Shown: piece after piece, positions 45,517 through 54,000 of the stretch
Layout of the letters: the number at the start of each line of letters is the position of its first letter
How positions within the stretch are numbered: the first letter of the stretch is position 1
IMG/VR virus record: IMGVR_UViG_3300028025_003409
Span: 45,058-109,057 of that record
Reading direction: 5' to 3' (one strand)
Origin: a virus
DNA length: 64,000 bases
Notes under the pieces: model-generated
What the model was told of the DNA's origin: nothing
The model's database searches: none
The model's input: the letters and a program-made list of their open reading frames with translations, nothing else
Made by a program: the position numbers and the translations under genes

Positions 45517-46945
45517 TTTCTGATCCTATAATCTTTGTTCCATATGTTTTTTCCCATAGTTCAATATCTTTTTTATCATTCAGCAACGGCTGCCCTTTAA
45601 TATTTAAACTTGTGTTTAGTAGTATAGGTACACCTGTTTGTAGGTAAAACTTATTAATTGCCCGATATAGACCTGGGTGCTGTTCTCTTGTTACAGTTTG
45701 TACTCTTGAAGTTCCATCTTGATGAACCACAGAAGGTATTTTTTCTGGCTTTAAACATTTAACTGTGTACTGCATATAAGGGCTTTCAAAGTCCATATCA
45801 AACCACTTGTGTGCATGGTCAGCCAATACAACTGGTGCAAAAGGTCTAAACAGTTCTCTTTGCTTAATTCTATTAACCTTATCCTTGATATTAGGATCTC
45901 TTGGATCAGCGAGGATTGACCTATTCCCTAATGCTCTTGGACCATACTCTGCTCTTCCTGATGCTACTGCTACGATTCCGTCTTTTAGTATACCGTCCAC
46001 AATTTGCTGAACAGGATACTCTCCTCCAAGATCATAACCAAGATATGGGGTCTTCCACCCAAGGTGTTTTCCATACAGTGCTGCTGCTGCACCCAAAGAA
46101 CTGCCAGCATCTCCTGGATTAGGCATAATCCAAATCATGTCAAAGATATTCCAAAGTAGCGTATTTGCTGATGAGTTAAGTGCACAACCACCCATAAATA
46201 CCAAATTCTTTTTACCAGTAATGGAATAGGCCATATGCATAAAATCATTTAGCCTTTGTTGATAGACAACCTGAACTGCTGCAGCAATATCAAATCTGTC
46301 TTGCTCTGTAATCTCCATTCCCCAGTCATTGATTCCTTTATGAAAGTTGTACTTTTGGTTTGAATATGACGGGAAGTATTCATCGACCTCTTTATAATAT
46401 CTTTTCCAGTCCCCGTAAGCAGCCATTCCCATCATAATATACTCTTCTTGGTTGGGCATTAAGCCTATTAACTGTGTAAAGGCAGAATAGAATAGACCGA
46501 AACTTACTGGATAGTTTTGCTTATACTTTAATTTTATTTTATCTCCCTCTCCAACCCAAATGGTTGAAGTGTTATATTCTCCTATTGCATCTAGTACAAC
46601 AATAACGGCATTGTCGAAGGCGCTTGTATAGTATCCTGCTGCTGCATGAGAATAGTGATGACTAAAAGATTTTCTTGGTATTCCATCTATATTAAACCTT
46701 GGCTTCCATTCCCCAGATCCACCCCTTAAAGCCAGTCTGGAGGCCTTTAGGAGAGGCTTTTCATAATAGGCTATGTGATCTGGTCTACCATACTGTAAAG
46801 CATCTTTTATTAAACTATCATTCACATACCAATCATTTTTTTTCTTGCTGTATCTTTCTGCATGTCCAGCAAAAAGTATTTCTCCATCTTTGATTAAAGA
46901 TACGGACGCATCGTGAGAGGTTTCGTTTATTCCAAGAATAATCAT
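45509..46945 (-). CDS. carbamoyltransferase (NodU/CmcH family)
   Basis: HDAS, ERYS, HHYSHAA, DAIGE, GGCALN, EYGPRALGNRS, FRPFAP, NTSLN. Confidence 0.93.
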   Translation of the reverse strand: MIILGINETSHDASVSLIKDGEILFAGHAERYSKKKNDWYVNDSLIKDALQYGRPDHIAYYEKPLLKASRLALRGGSGEWKPRFNIDGIPRKSFSHHYSHAAAGYYTSAFDNAVIVVLDAIGEYNTSTIWVGEGDKIKLKYKQNYPVSFGLFYSAFTQLIGLMPNQEEYIMMGMAAYGDWKRYYKEVDEYFPSYSNQKYNFHKGINDWGMEITEQDRFDIAAAVQVVYQQRLNDFMHMAYSITGKKNLVFMGGCALNSSANTLLWNIFDMIWIMPNPGDAGSSLGAAAALYGKHLGWKTPYLGYDLGGEYPVQQIVDGILKDGIVAVASGRAEYGPRALGNRSILADPRDPNIKDKVNRIKQRELFRPFAPVVLADHAHKWFDMDFESPYMQYTVKCLKPEKIPSVVHQDGTSRVQTVTREQHPGLYRAINKFYLQTGVPILLNTSLNIKGQPLLNDKKDIELWEKTYGTKIIGSENG

Positions 46946-47022
46946 CAGTATATATACCTCTTTGGTTTTTTATTAAATCTTCTTAATCTATACTTTAAGA
47001 TTATTTTTTTTATTATGCTCAT
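46945..47022 (-). CDS. 25-aa basic peptide ending YIY
   Basis: MSIIKKIILKYRLRRFNKKPKRYIY; overlaps both neighbors (ATGA and TGATG). Confidence 0.55.
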   Translation of the reverse strand: MSIIKKIILKYRLRRFNKKPKRYIY

Positions 47023-47801
47023 TGTTCTACCCTATCTAAAAAATGTTTTGCAAAATACATACTGGTGATAACTCCTGGATGCACAGAGTCTGCAGCGCTA
47101 ACTAAAAAGTCTTTATCGTATCCGTCTAAATCATCTTTATTAAGGCTCATTAGAAAATCCTCTTCTCTTTCAAGGTCCATATTACCATAGTTTGAAAACC
47201 CTAAAGTAGAAAATATGTGACTTGTTTCATCATCCCAAGAGGATGTATATAGTTTTATTCCTAATTGACTGCAGAATATCTCAAAAGATCTATAGTACGC
47301 TTGGCAAGAATATATCATGGAGTGCTCAGACATAGTGCTAGAACTATCTAAATCATTTTGGTGGCGCATTTTAATAACAAACAAATCTCCATCTGTAGTT
47401 GGCCAATTTGTTCTAAATAAGTCTGGAAGCAATAAGAATATGTAATCTGGTTTTCCAAATAAATTAATGTATTTATAAATATTATCGATTATTTTTTGCA
47501 CACTTCCTCCTGGATAGGAAAGCGTGAATGGTTTAGATGTGTCAAACTTTTTTGACATGCCTTTGTGTACGTGGTACTGCCATGAATAACCTTCTGGTAG
47601 ATACTCACCAAATGCCATTGAGCAACCAGCGTACAAAATATTTGTTTTGCTTTTGTCTAATACATCAAAGTCTTCAGATCTATGGCCAAAATTATTCATC
47701 CTATATTTTATTTTTGGTATAGTTTTTTTGTTAATCTTATTAATTCTTTCTTTAAAAACATCAGTCACGCTGTACTCTTTATTAAAAGATATGTTTTGCA
47801 A
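47019..47801 (-). CDS. SGNH-like hydrolase (paralog 4; may start at ATA 47888)
   Basis: YAGCSMAFG, AADSVHPG. Confidence 0.65.
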   Translation of the reverse strand: MQNISFNKEYSVTDVFKERINKINKKTIPKIKYRMNNFGHRSEDFDVLDKSKTNILYAGCSMAFGEYLPEGYSWQYHVHKGMSKKFDTSKPFTLSYPGGSVQKIIDNIYKYINLFGKPDYIFLLLPDLFRTNWPTTDGDLFVIKMRHQNDLDSSSTMSEHSMIYSCQAYYRSFEIFCSQLGIKLYTSSWDDETSHIFSTLGFSNYGNMDLEREEDFLMSLNKDDLDGYDKDFLVSAADSVHPGVITSMYFAKHFLDRVEQ

Positions 47802-47884
47802 AGAAGGCTCTATAGTGTTTGAAAACTCAACCTTTGTGAAAAGTTCTTTATTATTGTAGAAATATTCTGGATTTCTTATTAGGT

Positions 47885-48772
47885 TTATTTTTTTACTCCT
47901 AACTTTTTAACTATTTTTTTATTTTTGGCTGCTATTTTTTTGACAATAACTTTGGGCTTAGTAGAAACTGAATTTGCTGCAACAACAGCAGTAGTTGTTT
48001 CTTCTATTTTTGTAGACTTTATAGGTTCTAAAATTAAAGGATTTGCCAATAAAAATTCTTTTGCTTGATCTATCAGATATAAATGATGATGGATTAGAGC
48101 ATTTCTTGCTAAAGAAATTGGTTGACTATCTGATGAACAGAATGGCTTATTTGATGAAACTGTTGCTCCTAAATAGTATACATAATCATTATCAAAAACA
48201 TAGGAAGGTCCTCCAGAGTCTCCACTACATACTTCAGATAAATTATTTATTGAATAAAACTCAGTATATCCATCATGCCCGTTCATATACGCAGGAGGAT
48301 TTTTAACAAACCTAAATGCTGCACGAGATGGAGTAGAGCCATAAGAATATCTATCTATTAATCCATGCCCATAAAAATAAACAATGCTTTCTGACTCTGT
48401 AAACCTTTTGATATCCTCATAAGATGCTATCTTGATATTATTTTTTATTGGCATATCTTTATCAACAACAATTGCCATAATGTCATTTTCTCTGTTATTA
48501 ACATAGTCTTTGATTGGAACAAAACTTGATATTACCCTATACATAACTTTATTATTTTTGCCTTCTTCATAAAAACTAATCAAAGTTGAACCAGTTTTGA
48601 CTGAGCAATGTTGTGCTAAGATCAAGATTCTTGTAGAGATTGGTGCTGCAGAGCAGCCAGAGTCTGTTTTTGCAACAAGAGTGTTATCTGATACATCCTC
48701 TCCTTTATATATTGCATTTGCAGAAGGTGTAATAAAAGTAAAGAATAGCAATATCGATATAAATTTTTTCAT
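47885..48772 (-). CDS. secreted trypsin-like serine protease
   Basis: signal peptide; LAQHC, NDIM, CSGDSGGP catalytic triad. Confidence 0.85.
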   Translation of the reverse strand: MKKFISILLFFTFITPSANAIYKGEDVSDNTLVAKTDSGCSAAPISTRILILAQHCSVKTGSTLISFYEEGKNNKVMYRVISSFVPIKDYVNNRENDIMAIVVDKDMPIKNNIKIASYEDIKRFTESESIVYFYGHGLIDRYSYGSTPSRAAFRFVKNPPAYMNGHDGYTEFYSINNLSEVCSGDSGGPSYVFDNDYVYYLGATVSSNKPFCSSDSQPISLARNALIHHHLYLIDQAKEFLLANPLILEPIKSTKIEETTTAVVAANSVSTKPKVIVKKIAAKNKKIVKKLGVKK

Positions 48773-48773
48773 A

Positions 48774-49319
48774 TTACTCCTGTGATAACGATCCAAAGCC
48801 CATAGATACGGCGCATCTAGGTGAGTTTGCAGACACTTCGTGCCAACGACTTGGTGGACAATAAATTATATCTCCTTGGTTAAGTGTCTCTACAATGTCT
48901 ATATCTGTTTCATTTTTGTAAATTGTCCATGTACTGCTACCTTGTAGTTGCCAAAAAATAACATGCTCAGGTTCATGGTGCTTTCCACCATAAGATCCTT
49001 CTTGTGTTGTAAGACTTATGTATATCTGATGAGCATAATCTTCTTCATCTAAATCTTCAAAGTGAGGAGATTTGGCAAAAACAGAATATAGTTTATCTAC
49101 AAGTAGTCTAACTTCTGGAATTCTGGTTGCTTCAATAAGTCTAAATCCATAGTCTTTATAAATTTTACTTCCAATTTGACCACCATTTAATACATCATAA
49201 TTTAATAATTCAAGAACTGTTTGCCAAGAAACATCTGGAAAATTAGAGCCACGAATAACAAAAGGGGTATTGTTTTTAAACTTACTTATGTTTTGATCAT
49301 TAATTAAAGTACTAAACAC
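48774..49319 (-). CDS. JmjC/cupin-like oxygenase
   Basis: HHE...WQLQGSSTW...GDIIYCPPSRWHEV. Confidence 0.75.
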   Translation of the reverse strand: MFSTLINDQNISKFKNNTPFVIRGSNFPDVSWQTVLELLNYDVLNGGQIGSKIYKDYGFRLIEATRIPEVRLLVDKLYSVFAKSPHFEDLDEEDYAHQIYISLTTQEGSYGGKHHEPEHVIFWQLQGSSTWTIYKNETDIDIVETLNQGDIIYCPPSRWHEVSANSPRCAVSMGFGSLSQE

Positions 49320-49329
49320 CTTGTCTCCT

Positions 49330-49521
49330 TTAAATCATTAGTCTGACTACATGGCAACACGGATCTCCACCGTCTTCCCACTCTTGTACTTCGTCTTCAC
49401 CCATGAATTCATATCCACCATCATGTGTATTGCAGTATGGATCTGATATCCATCCTCTTTCAATACCGTTTCTTAGCCAGATACCAAATTCTGCGTCTTC
49501 TGTCTCGTCTTCTGTATGCAT
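49330..49521 (-). CDS. hypothetical protein
   Basis: GIERGWIS..YCNTHDG...GGDPC. Confidence 0.6.
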   Translation of the reverse strand: MHTEDETEDAEFGIWLRNGIERGWISDPYCNTHDGGYEFMGEDEVQEWEDGGDPCCHVVRLMI

Positions 49522-49536
49522 ATTTAAAGTATACTC

Positions 49537-50061
49537 CTAAAGACTGACAATGTCAACTGGGCCCATACAGGATGGGTTAAATTTAATTGCAGCGTTTACT
49601 GCTTGTGCTACTCTGTTCCTTGCATTTTTTTGTTTGTCTGTTGCGTACAGAACTCCATAAGCGTACTCTGCTCCTGAGCCCATTGCAAGATATGGAAGTG
49701 TGTACTTAGATAAAGACATGTCAGCAGAACTATGCTCATAGATTTCTCCACGAACCGCAATGATCAAACCAAGATCTCCATCTTTAGATGTGTCAACCCA
49801 GAACTCATTATAAAATTCTTTAAGTTCTTTAATAAACTTAGTTTGCATAAACTTGTCTGTGTCTTTAATATTAGGTGCTGTTGGCTTAAAGTTATAACGG
49901 ATTCTTTCTCCGTCCATTGCCCCCGCATACCCAATAAGATATGGACCTATCTTCCAAACCTTTGGTGCATCAAGTGCTAAAATAGTTCCATCATCTGAAG
50001 CCCCACGGTCTCCAGCCATGTAGATCTTATCTTCATGTTTTACTACGGCAATACAAGTCAT
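49537..50061 (-). CDS. HslV/proteasome-beta-like Ntn peptidase
   Basis: M-T-C-I-A start (catalytic Thr), AGD, K, AMGSGAEYA. Confidence 0.8.
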   Translation of the reverse strand: MTCIAVVKHEDKIYMAGDRGASDDGTILALDAPKVWKIGPYLIGYAGAMDGERIRYNFKPTAPNIKDTDKFMQTKFIKELKEFYNEFWVDTSKDGDLGLIIAVRGEIYEHSSADMSLSKYTLPYLAMGSGAEYAYGVLYATDKQKNARNRVAQAVNAAIKFNPSCMGPVDIVSL

Positions 50062-50139
50062 GGCAAAAGCCCTCTCCAGATAGGTGATACTTAAGTATAC
50101 CATTGCCTAGAGAGGGCTGTCAAGCAAGGTCAATAATGA

Positions 50140-50424
50140 CTAATTAGCCTTTTTGTCTACCGTTTTAAACGCATCATTGATCTCTGCCAATGTGAGTTTT
50201 CCATCGTCCAAAAAAGCCCTTGCCAGTCTTTCAATGACTGTTGCTACTCCTAATAGTCCTGCTAAGAATACTGCCTGAACTGTGTCAATTCCAACTACTG
50301 CTCCAGCACCAAGTACTGATAGACCAGATGCTGCAAAGACTGCGACAATACGCATAAGGATATTAGTGATTGCCTTTTGTGGGTGCTCCTTCTTAGGAGG
50401 CTCTACTACCTTTTTAGTTGCCAT
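50140..50424 (-). CDS. two-TM membrane protein
   Basis: AAGGAGG RBS; hydrophobic helices; DDGKLT..EIN. Confidence 0.6.
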   Translation of the reverse strand: MATKKVVEPPKKEHPQKAITNILMRIVAVFAASGLSVLGAGAVVGIDTVQAVFLAGLLGVATVIERLARAFLDDGKLTLAEINDAFKTVDKKAN

Positions 50425-50426
50425 AT

Positions 50427-50633
50427 TTAGTCCTCCTTTCTTAGCGGGATTGTGATAAGCCAGATTACTGTTGTTATTAGTACTGCAATACCAACAATGT
50501 CTCTTGCTGATCCCGTCAAAGTTAGCCATGCGATGAAGAAGCCAAGGAGAGTAAAGGCTTGTGCAATCACTTCCACCCCTGCATCTTTAAGCCATGTGAA
50601 GAATCCCTTCACAACCTTTTTGATTATTTTCAT
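50427..50633 (-). CDS. two-TM membrane protein
   Basis: AGGAGG RBS; hydrophobic. Confidence 0.6.
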   Translation of the reverse strand: MKIIKKVVKGFFTWLKDAGVEVIAQAFTLLGFFIAWLTLTGSARDIVGIAVLITTVIWLITIPLRKED

Positions 50634-50634
50634 A

Positions 50635-52734
50635 TTACCTCCTCATCCCAATCATTACATTTGCAATCTGTGAAACAATGATTACTGGGATAATGACTTC
50701 CTGGGCTTTTTCTCTCTGATCGTCTGTCATGTCCATACCCAACTCAGAGAAATTGGATAGGAGTTCTGTAACATCCACTGCAAATACTGCTCCAAGTGGG
50801 TCTGCTAAGAATGCTTCTGTTTGTACTTCTGTTACTGCATCTGCTAATGTAAATGGCATTGGTGTCTCCCCTGCAGTTTCTGCTCTGTCTGTGAACTCAA
50901 CGAATGCTTCTGCAAGTGCTGGGTTAGACTTCATCTGCTCAGCAATCTGTGCAACTTCTGAAGCCTTGATACCAAGATCTTCTGCAACCTCTGCCTTTGC
51001 TTCTTGGGTTAATGCTCTAAGTGTTTGACTAACTGCTGTGATTTGTTCAGGGGATAGTTTAACTAACTTATTATCCTTGCTTGTAAGGTTGGCAATAACT
51101 CCAGATAAATCTTCTGAGGTTCCCGTTCCTTTTTCAGGAATCAGGGCTGCTAATACTTCATCTTTAATTTCTACATCTGGCTCAGCCCAAGGATTATCTT
51201 CTGGCTCTGGATCTGGTCCAGGTTCTGGGGAAGGCTCTGGAGTAGGCTCTTCAGTTGGGTCCACAACTGGCTCCTCAGATGGTTCTGGATCTGGTGTAAC
51301 CTCTGGGGTAGGTTCAGGTGTAGGCTCATCTGTAGGGTCTACTGTAGGCTCTGGAGATGGCTCTGGTGTAGGTTCTTCAGTTGGTTCATCTGTTGGCTCT
51401 GGTGAAGGCTCTGGGCTTGGCTCATCTGTTGGCTCTTCAGTTGGTTCTGGAGAAGGTTCTGGTGTGGGTTCTGGGGTAGGCTGATTGGCTGCAGCATTGG
51501 CTGCTGCTTGAGCAATAGCAGCATTTAATTCTCTTTCTGATTGCTCATCATAGTAACGCCATGCGTTATCAATAGCACTGTCAACATTATTAATTGCTTG
51601 ATTGTATGCACTAATTGCATTATTTTTATTCTGTAGTGCTGTTGCAACATTTAAAACTGAATTATCATATTCATTTATTTTATTGGTTAGTGTTTGATTG
51701 TAGCCATTAAGTGTTGAGACTGCTTGGTTATAAATATTTAATTTATCATTATATACATCTTGTGCTGAGTTCCTTGCAGCAAGTGCAGAGTTGTACGCAT
51801 TTGTTTGCTCTTGTGTTGGACCTGATCCAGAAGAAAATGTATTTAAATTACAACTAAAGTTTTCTCCCCATACTCGTGGATCTCCAGCATAGTCACAACC
51901 TGCTCCAGTCATTCCACCAGGAATTGTCCACCCAAGATGATAAGAACCTGGGCCTCCTCCGTTATACCACCATATTTCTACATCCAAAGTTTTGTCTTCA
52001 GTTACATCGTATGTTGGAGACCATGCACTCCATCTAACTCCTTGCTCCACCCAGTTATTAACAGCAGGCTGTCCGTCAATATACATTCTAAATCCATCAT
52101 CTGTATATCCTGCAAATGCTACTGTTGTGAACCATGATGGAACTGTTATCTGTCCAGCAAATTTAACTACAATATTTTCATATCTATTTCCACATATTGG
52201 AAGTTGCATATAGTTTGAGTTCCATGTGCCTGAGCAGATTACAGATCCAGGGACTGCTGAATTTCCACTCCTTAATAGATTGTAGACCGTATAAGAAAGC
52301 CCTTCTCCACCAGCACTATTCAATGCTTGTTGGGCTGTCTGTAGATTAATATTGGCTACACCAAGTGCATCATAGGCATTGTTCTTATTAGTTAAAGCAG
52401 TGGCTACTGTTACTGTTTGTCCATCTACTGCTGATTGGGCTAAGTCTTTTTCTTCAAGTGCCGTGGCTTTTGCGTCAAGAGCATCGTCATATAGGTCAGA
52501 GGTTTGAGTCTGGGTCTCTTTTGCAGATACGGCAAGATCATATTTATCTTCTGCTTCTTCAATTAATGATATAAACTCATCCTTATAGCCAAGATCTTCT
52601 ATGCTGTTGTTAAGTTCTTGAATTTCTTGGGCTGCAACTGATAGTGGGTCGTCAGAGTGTGCACCTTCTGGGGATATAATAAGCCAGCCAAATGCTAGAA
52701 GTGTGGCTGCTAGTATGCGTATTAGTCTTTTAAT
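50635..52734 (-). CDS. secreted coiled-coil / PA14-domain / EPTP-repeat membrane-anchored protein (probable ATT start)
   Basis: open frame extends 137 codons above track start to a signal peptide; TDDGFRMYIDG PA14 motif; EPTPEPSP repeats; C-terminal hydrophobic segment. Confidence 0.7.
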   Translation of the reverse strand: MKRLIRILAATLLAFGWLIISPEGAHSDDPLSVAAQEIQELNNSIEDLGYKDEFISLIEEAEDKYDLAVSAKETQTQTSDLYDDALDAKATALEEKDLAQSAVDGQTVTVATALTNKNNAYDALGVANINLQTAQQALNSAGGEGLSYTVYNLLRSGNSAVPGSVICSGTWNSNYMQLPICGNRYENIVVKFAGQITVPSWFTTVAFAGYTDDGFRMYIDGQPAVNNWVEQGVRWSAWSPTYDVTEDKTLDVEIWWYNGGGPGSYHLGWTIPGGMTGAGCDYAGDPRVWGENFSCNLNTFSSGSGPTQEQTNAYNSALAARNSAQDVYNDKLNIYNQAVSTLNGYNQTLTNKINEYDNSVLNVATALQNKNNAISAYNQAINNVDSAIDNAWRYYDEQSERELNAAIAQAAANAAANQPTPEPTPEPSPEPTEEPTDEPSPEPSPEPTDEPTEEPTPEPSPEPTVDPTDEPTPEPTPEVTPDPEPSEEPVVDPTEEPTPEPSPEPGPDPEPEDNPWAEPDVEIKDEVLAALIPEKGTGTSEDLSGVIANLTSKDNKLVKLSPEQITAVSQTLRALTQEAKAEVAEDLGIKASEVAQIAEQMKSNPALAEAFVEFTDRAETAGETPMPFTLADAVTEVQTEAFLADPLGAVFAVDVTELLSNFSELGMDMTDDQREKAQEVIIPVIIVSQIANVMIGMRR
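51190..51480 (-). repeat. coding Pro/Glu/Thr/Ser tetrapeptide repeats
   Basis: (EPTP/EPSP/EPTE/EPTD)n. Confidence 0.9.
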
Positions 52735-52797
52735 TTACCTTTCCCCCTTGCAGACATTATGTCTGATAGGATGATTATACCATTTTATTGCACAAAA

Positions 52798-52826
52798 AAG
52801 GGGACTAGCACTCAGCCAATCCCCTT
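52798..52826 (-). terminator. intrinsic terminator
   Basis: AAGGGGA/TCCCCTT stem followed by a U-tract on the minus strand. Confidence 0.6.
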
Positions 52827-52840
52827 AGTTGTTGGATTAA

Positions 52841-53980
52841 TTACTTAAGTAAAGTAACCTTAGCCTTTGGATTCTTTGCATTCCACTTCTTGGCAAGTGC
52901 ATTGAATGATGTCTTAATTGCCTTAAGTGCAGCAGCATTATCTGCAGTCAACTTAGCAATTGTTGCATCCTTATCAAGGATAACCTTGTCAGAAGCAGCC
53001 TTTGCATCAGCAAGTGCCTTGTCTGAAGCAATCTTTGCATCAGCAAGTGCCTTAGCAGAAGCAGCCTTCTCAGCAGCAATTAGAGCAGCATGCTCTGCTG
53101 TTGCCTTAACAAGTGCAGCATCTGCAGCAGCCTTTGCAGCAAGTGCTGCATCCTTTGCTGCAACCTGTGCAGAAAGTTCTGATGCTAGATCACGAACTGT
53201 AATCTCTGCGAATGGTGCAAGTGTTGGAGCAGTCAAACCTGTTACAGCAGCAGCCACAGCATCTGAAGATGTTGTTGGAGCAAATGTAATAAGTGAGCGT
53301 GTGCCAGTTGTTGGAAGTGTTGCCTTAAATGTAGCAACTCCAAAATCTGAAAGTGTAGCACCAGTTGTTGCTGTTGCTGAATCTAGTGTTGCTGTAGCAG
53401 CAAACACTGTTGCAGTAATTGACTTACCAGATACCTTGTTTCCAAATGCATCTGTTGCAGTTACTGTGATGTCCTGCTTTGTTCCTGCAGCACCTGTTGC
53501 TGGTGCTGAAAGTGTAAGGTTATTAATCTTACCAGCAGTACCCTGTACATAGTATGTAAAAGTAGTTCCCTGATTGGTAACTGTTACTGTTCCAATTGCT
53601 GTGGTCTTTGTATATACCCAGAATGTTGCAGTTGTTCCTGTACCAGTTGCAATTGTCAAGGTTGAAGAACCTGAAGATGCTCCTACTGGTGCAGCAGATG
53701 TGTGTAGTGCAGACACGATTGTTGCGTTTGTTGCTACTACAGAAACTACTGTTCCTGTGTCAACAGTTGCGACGAACTTTAGTGCGTCAGCAGCGTCAAC
53801 TGAGTTGTCTGCAGGGACTGGTAATGATGCAGGTGTTGAGATTGATGAAGCGGTTGTATTGGCCGTTCCAGCAAGTTCTACAGCGACTGACATTACAGCA
53901 GCACTTGCAGGTGATGCTACGATTGTGCCCAAAGTCATGGCTGCAACCATGGCTAGTGCGATTTTCTTAAATGAGTTCAT
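52841..53980 (-). CDS. secreted Ala/Thr-rich Ig-like surface protein with coiled-coil C-terminus
   Basis: signal peptide MNSFKKIALAMVAA...ASA; ATDAFGN Ig-like motif; Ala/Lys heptads. Confidence 0.7.
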   Translation of the reverse strand: MNSFKKIALAMVAAMTLGTIVASPASAAVMSVAVELAGTANTTASSISTPASLPVPADNSVDAADALKFVATVDTGTVVSVVATNATIVSALHTSAAPVGASSGSSTLTIATGTGTTATFWVYTKTTAIGTVTVTNQGTTFTYYVQGTAGKINNLTLSAPATGAAGTKQDITVTATDAFGNKVSGKSITATVFAATATLDSATATTGATLSDFGVATFKATLPTTGTRSLITFAPTTSSDAVAAAVTGLTAPTLAPFAEITVRDLASELSAQVAAKDAALAAKAAADAALVKATAEHAALIAAEKAASAKALADAKIASDKALADAKAASDKVILDKDATIAKLTADNAAALKAIKTSFNALAKKWNAKNPKAKVTLLK

Positions 53981-54000
53981 TTAATTTATTCCTTTTCTTT

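Noticed and set aside
50729-53984. Long plus-strand ORFs (e.g. 51038-51484, 52890-53552, 53574-53984)
   Set aside because: Antisense shadows of repetitive or codon-biased minus-strand genes, with no RBS
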